This document shows positions 39,560-51,687 of a DNA stretch of 64,000 bases, one piece after another. A program made the position numbers and the translations under genes. Source of the DNA: Camelus dromedarius. Lineage: Eukaryota. The notes beneath the pieces were generated by a model, which worked only from the letters and a program-made list of their open reading frames with translations, had not been told where the DNA came from and made no database searches. Where the stretch lies: assembly GCF_036321535.1 (NCBI RefSeq), contig NC_087436.1:54066001-54130000 (forward strand), in the 5' to 3' direction. Numbering within the stretch: position 1 is the stretch's first letter; every line of letters begins with the position of its first letter.

Positions 39560-40930
39560 GACCTCCATATCTATCATACTTCTTAAAGCTGCTTTTTAGA
39601 AAATACACTAGGTAATATCCTGACCAAACCACATCAACTTGGAGCCTTTTCTCAGTCCTTATTACTCTGACTGTTTTAAAACAACAGACATTGACCATTC
39701 TCTCTTGAAAGAAACCACATGCCAATTCCAGTCTTTCACTCCTAAATACTACTACTGTCTTTTTCAATGTCAGCTCATTTCATTCCTTTTCCCTAACAAT
39801 GGGGCATTCCTCAAGGTTCTTAATCAGTGACAAATTTTCTTCTTCTTTGTTGACTCTCATCCTCCTATCATCTCAGGATATTAGTGGATAACGTCCAGAT
39901 CTCTAGCTCAATTCCTCTCTTGAGAGTTAAAATAACTTTCTGTTAAGCATCTCTTACCTAGTTTCAGTTAGTCAACACATTTTTACTGCATAGCTCCTAC
40001 GTACATGCTAGACACTAGAGTTAGAAAAGTATTCAAAACCTAATTATGAGAGTCCCTGTCATCAAAAAGCAGAGAATCTAAAAGGCAAGCTTAAACGGTC
40101 CAACTCATCAGATTCAACATTGACTACTCATGTTTCCTCTTCCAATGGATTAAATATCTATTTAACAGATCCCACATTCTAGGTAATAATGTGTGACTCC
40201 TTTCTTAATTTCAAATTTAAATCCTGTTCTTTGTTTGCAATATTCTACTCCCACTGCCATAGCCTAGTTCAGGACAGTATATATTTTCACCCAAATGGCA
40301 ACAACCACCTTCTGAAATATTCTCTAGTTTCTCATTCAATCCATCCTACACTCAACTGACACATTTACTTTCCTAAACCACAGATGTGTTCTATCACTTA
40401 AGTACATAAAAAGGTTTAATAGTCCCTCAATAGACAAATCAAGTCCAAAAACTTCAGCTTGGTATTCAAGGCCCTCCATTATCTGTTCTTTACCTATTAA
40501 TACTTTTTCATCTCTCTCACTCACTATTTCCTTATCTTTTGCTCCGGCCAAATATGGTTATTTAATCATGTCCTGAAACTGCTTGAATGTTCCTATCTTT
40601 ATATCTTCATTTATGTCATTTCTTCATTTAAGTAATTTCTCTCCCCCCACCCCCATCCTGATTAACAGTCTCCATTTATTTCTACCTTTCAGAAGCTTAA
40701 TCAACCTTTGGTTTAAGTAACATTATTTTTCTAAAACATTCTCTCCAACCTTTGAATCTTAAAGATATGTGAAGGTCTTCTGTATCACTCATATTTTATT
40801 TCTATTATAGTTATCTGTGTATAGTTATCTATGTATCACATCATTCCTGTTAAGATTATAAGCAACTTGAAATATGAATGTCTTATTCATCTTTATCCTC
40901 CCACAGTACACTCCATATGGTTGGTATTCA
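39560..40930 (+). mobile_element. Decayed L2 fragments
   Basis: ttgaccattctctcttgaaa, gccatagcctagttcagg, aagtccaaaa...ttcaaggccctcca motifs. Confidence 0.55.
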
Positions 40931-43508
40931 AAAAATATTAAGTACACATTGAATTTACAATAAAATATATACATAAAATAATAGCCATGTTCCGTAAGAT
41001 TACATAGGAAGTTTCCTTCACTTTCTTATAGAGAAAAATCACTGCCATGAGAATATCTTTTTTAAAAATCACCTTCTTTATTTCTTGAAAAGACATTAAA
41101 AAGTGATTTTTTTTCTACCATTAATCAGTATACTCCTTGTGTATATATGAATTGTTATAATAACTTCCTTGGCTTAGAATATAAAATTGCTTTCAATTTT
41201 ACGTTAATGTATGTACCTACTGATCATAAATAAAATCACCTTACCATTGAAAACAGCAGTGTACAAGGAAATAGCTTTGTAGTGGTGGCTGCTCCAAAAC
41301 CCATACCTGTGAGACAATCTTTTTTTAAAAGAAGAGGAGTCATAGTATAATTATATTTCGCTATTCCCACTTCCTCCACACCTCCATCACCTCCATAATA
41401 TCTACCAACCTAAATGTTTGTTCAAAGCCCATGCTTTCGGGTTCACAAGTTGAAAATAGATGGGTTTTCACATCAATTAATTCACCAAAGCTTTACTAAA
41501 TACCTACTATATGGAAAGCATTGTTGGGGGACCCAAAAATTAATAAGACATAATTTTCATCTTCTGAAACTCATGATTAAATGCACAACACACACATAAA
41601 CAACTCCATTATAAAGCAGATTATGTAAGAGCTAAAAAGCTTCCAACAAGGTTCAAACAGTATTAGGAGAGAGTATGATTTAATCAGAGTATTTGAGAAG
41701 ACGGGAGATGTGTTTCTATTTGGACTCTGTGAAATCAAGCAATAACATTCAAGATTAATTATTTTTATGTAAAGTGTTTAATTTATTTTTTCACTAGTAT
41801 TGCAACAGAATTGAGTTTTTTCTGAGAAGGTATTGATCCAATATGTAAGTTAAAATTTTAGTTAAATGGAGTTTTTAGCTCACCTTGAAACATGGGGGAA
41901 ATGTACTTTACAAGCCAGACTTATGGCCGATAATTAAGAAGAAAATTTTTGTTATGTTCAAGGGAAAGACAATGTGTCCAATAATCTGAACTATATTTAT
42001 TTAAAATTCTACTCCTAGAGAAAGGCTAGGTATATATAAATGGGCCACCCAATTTTTCACAGAAAACTGTCCAGCAGAACCAATAGTACATTAAAAAGGA
42101 AAAAACTGAACAACCAAAAATAAAATTCAGGGCCCTATAGTCATTTTTCATTCATACCACCTCCTCTTGCAACAATGACCTCTTCCTGATATATGGCCAA
42201 AGGTCTGAATCAGAGCTTGGAGCATTTGCTTTTCGAATAAGCTCCATCGACACCATTTCTAGATTTAGATACTTCCTTGAAGATTCTGAGTTGCCATGAC
42301 CTACCTCTGGACGTGTTGAACACTGTATTGACAGATGAAAGGACCACACTCATCTCAAGCTTAAAATAATTTGCACGGAAGGGGTGGGAAAAGTCCGAGA
42401 TCACAGATTGCCAATTAAGCAAATTTTAAAAAGAGGAAACTATGACAGACAGGAGTCGAAGCTAACTGGGGAACATGAAGAAGTATGGTATTCCACATTG
42501 CTACTGGGTTGTTTTATTTTTAAGCTTTCGCCCTTTAATAACATTACAATTTTTGTAATTACTGAACTTAACAATTAAGGAACATGTTACGACAAAAAAA
42601 AATCAGGATAAATTGCATATAGTTTTATAAGACATATTTGCTTTTAAATATTTCACCCAAAACTCTTAAGATTAACTATAAACACAAAAGAACTAAAATA
42701 AGATTCTGTAGATTTCGACAAGGGAAGCTGGGGAAGAATAACTAACATGTAAGTTCGGTAACATATTACACACAGGGTGCCGTTTCCTGCTACAGAAGGC
42801 AGGCGAAGGAACCAAGAAAATGGGTTGAGCACAGGAATACTGCACACGGTAGTCACCCAACACCAATTCAACAGCCAGCGGCTCTATCCATCCCTCCTCA
42901 CGTTCCTCGTGGCCTCTGACAAGTCATCCTCTCAACCTATGAGACTGTCCGCTCTCCCCCATCGAAAATAATTTCCGTGCAGGTTGTAAAATCACCCCCA
43001 CAAACTACTTGCTCACACTTCCCCGCCCCGGGATGAGCAGTCCCCAAGATGAGGAAAGGTCGCCCAGACAGGGAAGTTACGTGAAGTGGTCTTTCTCGCG
43101 TCCCACCGGAGCCTCCAGCCCAGCAGCCGCAGGGGAAAGGAAGCGGGCGGCCTCCGAAGAAAGCGGGATGGGGCAGCGATGAGAGCCCGCGAGGCAGGCT
43201 CCGTGGTGCCCTCGCACCGGTTCGGGCAGGAAGAATGGAGGAGGGGAGGCGAGGCTGCGAGGTGCCCGAGAGCCGGGCGGCGGTCCGGCCCCGCCGCCGG
43301 CACGACCCCACCCGCGCTCGGGACCCTCCCAGCCCGCGGACGCGGCGTGCGTTCCGCGTGCGCCGACTCTCCCCGGAGGAACAGCCACTGCCTCACACCC
43401 GTGGGTTTGAGAAATCCGGCAACTTTGCGCGAGAAATGCTTCCCACCCTGCAACACGCCGAGAAAGAGAAACATGTCAGGCGATGACGGGGGAGGAAGGA
43501 TGACTTAC

Positions 43509-43512
43509 CCAT
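43509..43512 (-). CDS. RAP1GDS1: RAP1GDS1 (SmgGDS) coding part of exon 1 (ATG G, phase 1)
   Basis: Minus strand reads gagggaacATGG|gtaagt: strong Kozak (A at -3, G at +4), a consensus donor at 43508-43503, and an in-frame TAG upstream at 43593-43591. It lies in the CpG island and splices in frame to exon 2. Confidence 0.93.
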
Positions 43513-43655
43513 GTTCCCTCCAGAGGGTGAGAAGCCGGCAGGGCGAGGCGAAGGTCTCCGGTGCGGGCGGCGCGGCGCTATGTCCTCCCTCTACCTCTGT
43601 CTCTCCCGCAGCCAAGGAGGGACCCGCGGGGGGCGGCCGCCGGGGAGGAGGAGCA

Positions 43656-43687
43656 GCTGCTGCTGCTGCTGCTGCTGCTTCTGCTGC
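43656..43687. repeat. (GCT)8-TCT-GCT trinucleotide repeat; CAG-type in RAP1GDS1 sense, in the probable 5'UTR
   Basis: Read directly from the sequence, about 145-175 nt upstream of the ATG. Confidence 0.9.
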
Positions 43688-45325
43688 AGGCGGCGCGGCC
43701 GCGGCGGGGGGCGGGGCGGGGTAGGGCGGGGCGGGCGCAGCCTGCGGCGGGCGCGGCTCGGAGCGGGCGGGCGGGCGGCGGAGGCGGCGAGCCGGCCTGA
43801 GGAGCGCCCGCCCCGACTCGCGTTCCGGGAGTGCCCCGCCCTTCGCACCGAGCATGCTCAGTGCTTCCCTCTTTCCCCGGGGCAAGTGAATCTGAGCGTG
43901 CGGGTGGGCGTGTGTTTGCGGACCGGCTGCAGCTGCGGCGGAGGAGCTTGATGGCGGCCGCCTGAGGAGCGGAGATTGGCCCCTGAGCAGGCTGGGCTCT
44001 GGGACGCTGAGCCCGAACTACAACCGTACGGCTCCGTTCCCTGACCCCGGGAACCCACACCCGGAAAACGGACCCATGTCCATTACGGGACAGCCGGGGT
44101 GCACAGGCGGGAATTTCTCGAAGGTGGAGACGCTGGGCCTCTGACCCGGGAGGGTGATTGGGGAGCAAAGCGGATGTCCTGAAACGAAGCTGGAGGGGAC
44201 GTACTGGCGCTGAGGCCAGCGCCTCTTGGAGATAGATACCTGAGGACGCCCATTTTTCAGAGCAGCCTGTGGGCCCGCTGGGCACAGAGCAGGGAGGTGG
44301 CCGCTGGGAGGGCGCTTAGTATTAGCAGGCATATCAGCGGGACAGTTAAGACTGTCCTGGCTGTGGCCAGTTTAAAAAGAGAGGTCCGGGCAGCGAGAGG
44401 AGTGACCGCCCCAGGATTTCTTTAGAAAGTGTCGTTCTCCTTCCTAGAGGAGCGCGGCCTTCCCTTCCCCTGAGGACACCTGAAAAGCCTTGTAACAAGG
44501 GTGCCCTGGCCGTCGGGCTCCACCCTATGGGATGTGCCCAGCTCTGCCCGACTCCCTCAGAACGCGGCACGAGCAAGGTTGCCAAGGCAGGAAAATAAAA
44601 GCGCCGAGTTGGCTGCGGCCCCGCCGGGTCGACCGGCGGGAGTTCCCTCGGTCTGCCGGGCCGCCGCCGGCTCCCCGCACCTCCCCGGCCTCGGGGAAAA
44701 CGTGAGGTTCGCGCTCCCTTTCGAGGGCGCCGTCCCCACTGGGCATGCGCGCGAGGCGAAGGCTGGTCCTGGGTCCCCTGGCCTGGGGGAGGCCGGGGCA
44801 GCCTTCCGTTTCTCTGCACCCTGCTCGGGCCCTGACCCTTCCGTGTTTGCGGTAAGGAGTCAGGTCGCTCTCCCGAGGTAGCAGCAACTGCAACCCTCCG
44901 GGGGAAGGGCGCAGTCAGCCACACAACCTGAGAAGGAGATGCTGAAGAGCTAAGTGGAAATTTCTTTCCCTTCTTAACTTTTACTCTTTGAACCCAGTGT
45001 TGAGAAAAGGGGCTCCCCACCCTTTATCCGTGGCCCCTCTCACAGTCAGATCAGTTTCCACTTGTGTGACTGGTACTACAAGCACGCAAGTCAGAATAGG
45101 CCTTGTAATTTGTTGAGCAGAGAGCAAATTTTCTAAAACAAAAATGAAACATAGTTAAGAGAGGTTTGGTGAAACAAGAAAATACAATTTAACTACAAAG
45201 GTCAAAGCTATTAGACTTTTCTGTTGCCCAAGACAATAAGGCACTTCAGTCTTCTACTGCATTACTTCCCTTTCTGTGATATAAGAATGCTCTTGCTGTT
45301 TACATCAAAACAGCCTTAACAGGCT

Positions 45326-45732
45326 TGAATTAGTTTCCTAGGACTGCTAAGTACCACAAATTGGGTGGCTTAGAACAACAGAAATGTACTCTTACAGTTC
45401 TAGAGGCCAGAAGTCTGAAATCAAAGTGTGGTTAGGACTCACTGAAGGCTGTAAAGAATTTCTTCCAGGCCTCTCCTAGCTTCTGGTCGGTCCTTGGCCT
45501 GTGGTTAGCATAACTCCAGCTTTCAAATGGCATGTCTGTTCATATTTTTCTTTTTTATGAGCACACTAGTCATTTTTGATTAGGGGCCCAACTACTCTAG
45601 TATGACCTCATCTTTAATTGTGTCTGCAGTGACCCTATTTCCAAATAAGGTCACATTCTGAGATACTAGAGGTTAGGACTTCAACAATAAACTTGGAATA
45701 AACTTGCAGAAAACATGATTCAGCCCATAACA
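45326..45732 (-). mobile_element. MLT1(A-C)-like MaLR LTR
   Basis: ttagtttcctagg...taccacaaattgggtggctta...ttccaaataaggtcacattctgag...cagcccataaca. Confidence 0.85.
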
Positions 45733-45751
45733 CACCAATGTGAACTACACA

Positions 45752-46268
45752 TGTTAGGCAGTTTAGATAGAAATGAGCACTGGGCAGGGGAGAGGAAGGG
45801 GAGGGAACAACCAAGAAAATAATAGTATGTCTGCATTCAGGAAAAGGGACTCCAGAAATTTTTACTTTCTCTAAATGAGGGCCAGTAAAAGAAGCCAGTT
45901 AAAATCAAAGGATTGCAGCTGCGCATGGGAGGGGGCCCTGATATAACCTGACCCAATGAACCTGCTCAAAAGAGGATGGGCATGCCAGAGCGCAGGGAAC
46001 CTGAGCTGTCAATCAATCAATCAATCAATTACGAAAACGCCCCTAAGACAGGATATAAGAACAGGAAAAACAAAGAAACAGCACCATTTTCCCCTCTCTT
46101 GGATTGGCCCGCTCCCAATTCCTGGGAGTGTACTATCTTTTACTATTTTTTTTAACTTCACCAATAAAAATCTTGCTTATATCACACTTTCTGTCTTTTG
46201 TCAAAAGTTCTTTTTTTTGGGGGGGTGACTAAGAACCGAGGTAATTCTTATTTCCCTTTTCCCGGTCA
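45752..46268 (+). mobile_element. Solo ERV LTR (class I-like), copy A
   Basis: tgttaggcag...ttcccggtca, with gatataaga and aataaa. Colinear with 55105-55652; 3' terminus slightly eroded. Confidence 0.88.
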
Positions 46269-48199
46269 TGCACACACGCACGCACACATACACTCACACA
46301 CATGCCCCTACCATGTTCTACATTCATTTGGATCTCTCCAGAAGACCACTGAGGTCTTTGTATCACTGCTCCTCATTTTTATCGCTCTCTCTTTCCTTCA
46401 CCTACATCAATCTCTGCCAGATTCTCAAGTTCGTGAGCTTCACTTTTCCTTCTACTTCCTTTCATAGCTATATTTTACAATAGTTTCTAAGAGCATCTTA
46501 TATTTTTCATTTGGATGCATGAATTGAAACTAGCAAAAGCAGCTGAAGAGGTTTTGTGATCTCCCACCTGACAAATTGCTGTGTAGCCCCAGTGAGACCT
46601 GATGCTGACTGCTACCTGAGGAAGTGGGCGGGTATAATGCCTGCCCCTTTCACATACACCACCAGTTCCCCTCCCCTCCCTTGTCTTCTCCTGTTATAGG
46701 AATATAGCATTTCCCTCATATCTTCACTTTTTTCCTTTCTCTTTTTATTAAAAAGTTGTCTACATGAAAAAAAAAGTTGTCTACATGAGGCCTTCCCTAG
46801 CCATTTTCTCTAAAATTTCAACACTAGCCCCAGTTTCATACTTTATTTTTTCCTTAGCACTCATCACTAAGATAATATATATTTTGCTTATTGGCTGTTA
46901 CCCCCATTTAAATTTAAGCTCCCCAAGGGGAGGGATTTTTGTCTGCTTTATTTGCCATTATACCCTGAGTGCCAGAACAATGCTAACACACAGCCAGTGC
47001 TCCATTTAAAAACAAACAAACAAACAAACAAAAAAACTGTTGTATGAATGAAAGTCTTTTCATTCTTTCTTTCAGAGTTTTTGTCTTAAAAGAGAGCAAG
47101 AATGGTGTTATTAATCTTTTTATAAACTCTAGCACCTCACCAAGTAAAATTAGCTATTCAATAAATATTTATAATGATACGATGATGACAGCTGCTATCT
47201 GCATTGTTTCTGTCTTAAACTGTGAATCTTCTAAAGGGTAAGGGCTAGTTTTGTACTGATTTATTCACTCATTCAGTCAATAGAGATTTATTGAGTGCCT
47301 CCTATGTATCAGGCACTGTAAGAGGCACCAGGGATAGAAAATAAACTATGGTCCCTGCTCTCAAAAAGCTTATATGTTAGAAAAATTACTTTGATGAAAC
47401 TTCTAGTCACTGATCACATAAACAGCTAGAAAATATTCTTCTGATGTAAAAGGGTTTTCCAGAATAAATCCAGTAGTTCTCATGCTCCGGGTTAAGCAAT
47501 GCTCAGGATTTGATTAGGCCTGGTATGAAATAAAGGAGGAAATTCTATCTAGAAATATCTGTATATTCGTAAAGAACCACAGATTAATTTGTGTAACAAG
47601 TTGCTGGAGCATGGGGCAGGTGAAGAGAAGTATCAAGGAAAATGTTTATTAGAAAGGGTCAGAAGCACTACATTTTGGCAAGGGTTATAACAAAACTTAC
47701 CTCATTGATGCCTGTAAACAAGAGGTTAGAAGGTGATTTAAATTCTGTAATGGAAATGTACTGGGAGGGGCAAAGCAAGAAGTAGAAAGAGAACAGAAAG
47801 AATGTTCTTTAAAAGAATAATAGGGAACTGATTGCCTCTTCTTCACCATGATGTTCTGAATAACATTCAAGGGAATCTCACTGGAGTAGTTAACTAAACT
47901 TTGCAGTGATAAATGATTTGGCAGTGAACAGTCTTCTGCCTAAACTCTGTTTTCAAAAGGCCTCAGTGAGGTTGGACTAGTCCTGGTTGAACAACTGAAA
48001 TGTCTTAACTCCTAGTTCATAGTAACCCTACCCCCACCTCTCATTTACTTAGTATATTAACTATTTTCTACATCTTATGAAATCTAAATTTTCTTTTCTC
48101 ATACTCTGTCACCTCAAGTTACCGATGTTGATGTACTGCAAACAATTATAGGCCTAGATTGTATACATTTTTTAGATGGGAAAAAGCACTTCAAAATCA

Positions 48200-49410
48200 G
48201 TCAAGTAGTTTTTGAGCATCTCTTCTGAGCTCAGCACTGTGCTGGGTGAGAAAAGAGATAGTTATAGGTATACACATCGTGCAAAACAAGGTTAGGGAGC
48301 TGTCTATTTTAAATGTTTCTTCCAATTACAAGATCGCCTAAGTCTGAGAACTCACATATAAAGAGAACTAGTCAAAGAAGTTAAAGATGGCTTCATAAGG
48401 AGAGGATGTGGATGGATAGAATTTTTTTGGAAAATATTATGGGAAGAAAGGAATCTTTTCCAGGAGAGAGAAATAGTATAAACTAAGGCATGGCTATGTC
48501 ATATTCATAAGACCATCAAAAAGGTACATGCTGGGGCATATTGGGAAATAAGATTGGAAATTTAGTAAGAGGGAAAAATTGTGAGAGCCTAAAATAGCCA
48601 AGCAAAGGAATTTGAACTTGATATGGTAAGAAATATCGAGTCATTGAAAGTTTCTGAGAAATGGAATGTGGTGAAAACTGTTAGGGGCAGGAGAAGAAGC
48701 AGTAGATTAGAGAAAGCTTTATTTATTGACAGCATGTGATGTTCTATCTAGGAGTTAGGTACACAAGAGTGAATAAGAGACCTTTGGCCCTCGAGGAGTA
48801 CAGTAGTAGAGACAAACAAGTAAATAGAGCACAGTGCTGTAGAGATGTGGTAATGTGGTACCCAAGATGAAGTAGTGTGGAAGAAAATAGGTAGGACATT
48901 TAATCCTATCATAGAGCCTTCTGGGGAACATGCCATCAAGCAGAGACCTGAAGTAGGGATAGAAGTCAACCAAGCAGAAGGCTTTATGTCCATGGCCTAG
49001 AGGCAAGAATTTGAATCTCTGAGGAACCTGCAAGCAGCTCATGGTGAGGGTGAGGTGTGCACAGGTGTAGGAGAAGGGAGAAGGTCATGGAACAAAAGTG
49101 GACAAGGAAGAGGGATCAATTCTTGTAGGGTCTTGATGGCTGAGGTCAGATATTGGACATTATCCTAAGAGCAGCAGGAAGCTACTGGAGGATTTTAATT
49201 TTGAAAATGACATTGTTAAATTTATATTTGAGTAGTTTCAAAGTGGAAAGTGCCTAAGAATGAGGTCTAGACTAGAAGCTGGGAGACTGCTGTAATATTC
49301 CAAATATGAACGAATGGAACTAAAATAGAAGCAGCAGGGATAGAGAGTAACAAACAGTCTTAAGAAATATTAAGGAAATGGTATTGGCTTGGTAATTGAT
49401 TAGATGTCAG
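48200..49410 (-). mobile_element. Decayed L2 fragments
   Basis: Antisense L2-like motifs (tttattgacagc, aaggaatttgaacttga, ttggtaattgattagatgt). Confidence 0.6.
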
Positions 49411-49428
49411 ATAGGATTGTTTATTTTA

Positions 49429-49606
49429 TTTTCTTAAATTTTTTTATAAATTTCTTTTATATATTTTTATTTATTTATTTATTTTTATTGGTGAGGGGGA
49501 GGTAGTTAGATTTACTTATTTATGTTTAGGGGAGGTACTGGGTATTGAACCCAGGACCTTTTGTATGCTAAGCTTGTGTCTACCACTTGAGCTATACCCT
49601 CCCCCC
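49429..49606 (-). mobile_element. tRNA-derived SINE (camelid Vic-1-like)
   Basis: Minus strand ggggagggtatagctcaagtggtag...gggttcaatacccagtacctc. TSD aggattgtttatttta / aggattatttatttta (49413-49428 / 49607-49622). Confidence 0.9.
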
Positions 49607-50089
49607 AGGATTATTTATTTTAAATAATATAACGGTACCAAGTGTGAGGTATTATTATCTCAGCTTTACAAATGATGAAGCATGTTAAGAGGGGTTAAAT
49701 AATTTTATTTAGGACCTATAACTAAGAAACATAGGAAGCAGAAGTCAGATCTAAACTTATCTGACTCAAATCCTCATTGCAATAATATGTAGATAAATGT
49801 GCTGAGGGAAAATACCTTATATTTTGTGTGACCTCAACAGATTAAAAATACTATGTTGTAAAATACTTTCATTTGAAGTCCGTTTGTCTTTAAAAGAAAT
49901 TTTTTTTTGCTCCTGCTTCTCTGAACTTTACAAATATAAAAGACAGAATCTCTGTTGCTATTATATTTTGTTTGAATATTTAATAAAGCTGCTTTTGATT
50001 AGGATATAGGCTCAATTATTCTTGAAATAATATTTAGCCTATTTTAATTTCAGTTGGCTTTGCATCCTGTTGCATTAAAAGGGGGTTAG

Positions 50090-50119
50090 GTGCTGGCTTT
50101 GGCAGTACATACACTCAAA
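50090..50119 (+). pseudogene. 3'-truncated U6 snRNA retrocopy (first 30 nt)
   Basis: GTGCTGGCTTTGGCAGTACATACACTCAAA vs U6 GTGCTCGCTTCGGCAGCACATATACTAAAA, 25/30 identical from U6 nt 1. Flanking direct repeat aaaagggggttag / aaaggagggttag. Confidence 0.8.
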
Positions 50120-50879
50120 GGAGGGTTAGAAGCTTGCTGTGCATCTAGGATTCTAAATCATAACATGCAGGAATTCATTACACTTGTGTGTTTTTAAATC
50201 ATTTGATAAGTACGGGTAACCTTTGTTTCCTTTTCTTCCTCTAAACTTCAAATTTAACTCAGCCCTTAAAGGGTTGCTAGTGAGATACCAGCTCAGAGAA
50301 TGACATCTCAGTTTACAGACTCCTTACAGAGTTTTCTCACCTCATTTTGTCTTTCATGTTTCATAATAATGAGAAAATTGTGCCAAAGTAAAATAAATAT
50401 GGCTTGAGAACACCAAGAGACGTGATGGTTGAGTACATTACCATAGAGAAAAAGAGTTCAGGACACAAGAATGCTGAGTCCCATTCCACCTCTAACTACC
50501 TCTGGGGCCGTTAAGTTGTCTTTTGGGACAGTTTACTTTGACTCTCAAATTTCTCCTTTGTAAATATTATAAATTATAATAGGCCTGTCAAGGAGAGAAC
50601 CCATGAACTATCTTTCAGATTTAAGGAATATGTTTCTTAGGGTGCTCGATTCTGCTAGAGGCATTCGGTTCTACTACCTAAAATTATCTCCACTCTCCAC
50701 CCCACCCACCCACATGTGCACATCCTCACAGACTTGCCAGAGAACTCCTCCAAATCTTAAAACATTCCATTCCTCCTACCCTGGGCTGGTCAAGGCAAAA
50801 CTGGGAAGTAATTGAAATTAGTCTGATGCTCTTGGTATTATTTATGTGTCAAAAACTCACATGGCACACTAACATCTAA

Positions 50880-51015
50880 TACTATTTTACAGATAAGGAA
50901 ATGGAGAAACAAGATATTTTAATTAATTTGCCTAATGTCACATGACCAATAAAAGGTAGAGCTGGAATTTGAACCAAGTCTATTTGATTTCAAAGTCCAC
51001 GCTCCTTCCATTTCA
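50880..51015. mobile_element. MIR SINE (further MIR remnants near 1815, 2650, 30365, 33650, 37160 and 49645)
   Basis: MIR core attttacagataaggaaa...ttgcctaatgtcaca...agagctggaatttgaacc. Confidence 0.75.
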
Positions 51016-51687
51016 TCACATCACCTCATATCAACTTGTTTACTCACCCCGACCTCACCTCCACTATAACATTGAAGAGAAACACCTGTATTTTATTTTA
51101 CCTACTCCTCCACACCATCAAGGTTAACTGTCTGGTTTGGTTTCTAATTAAGGATGATTTTCTTTTCAACAGAAGCTAATATAGTAATCTATGCCAATAG
51201 GCTTAAACCCATCCATTCCTCTTGTGAAATAGATGTAAGCATTTTAAGAGTGGTGTTTTAGATTAAAATGAAATAATTCAAAAGAGGAGTTCTGATTAGA
51301 TCATCTGGCTTACTTCATATATTTTGTGTAGCCCTAATCACTAGTAATTGCCCATTTTCCCTAAGCTTCAGATTTTCCCAGATCCTCTTGAAGTCTCCAC
51401 CATTTCCTTTTCAGGGGTCCTCTTTTCCCTACTTTAAAATTCACCTAAAGAGTTCCTTAAGGAGACATCCTAATGTAATCTCATGCAACCCTGATTAAGC
51501 AATTCTTACTGCTTAGGAAGCTTCTATAATAAAAACTGGCTTATTCAGACTTCTGAATAGAAAAGCCTCATTAACCAGCATGCCTATTTACTGACAGTTC
51601 ACTGATAATTGCCTCTTTTAATGGTGATCCTGAGGGGCTGCAAGATTCTGAAGTATTAAGGACTGAAAGAAGTTTGCTTAATGTACT

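Larger units (their letters stand above)
17249..43508 (-). other. RAP1GDS1: RAP1GDS1 intron 1 (~26.3 kb, GT-AG)
   Basis: Bounded by the exon 1 donor and the exon 2 acceptor. Confidence 0.88.
42950..44930. promoter_or_regulatory. CpG island / RAP1GDS1 promoter and 5'UTR with clustered GC boxes
   Basis: Abrupt GC/CpG-rich ~2 kb block in an AT-rich background. Overlapping GGGGCGGGG Sp/KLF boxes at 43706-43735 and a YY1-like GATGGCGGC at ~43950. Confidence 0.92.

Noticed and set aside
42152..42349. 65-aa sense-strand ORF in intron 1 ending near a gtatga donor
   Set aside because: Non-ATG start, no convincing acceptor and no recognisable homology.
42937..45020. Many long overlapping ORFs (up to 235 aa) in the CpG island
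   Set aside because: These are low-complexity Arg/Pro/Gly/Ala products expected from stop-codon scarcity in GC-rich DNA. Only the ATGG at 43512-43509 joins a recognisable protein.
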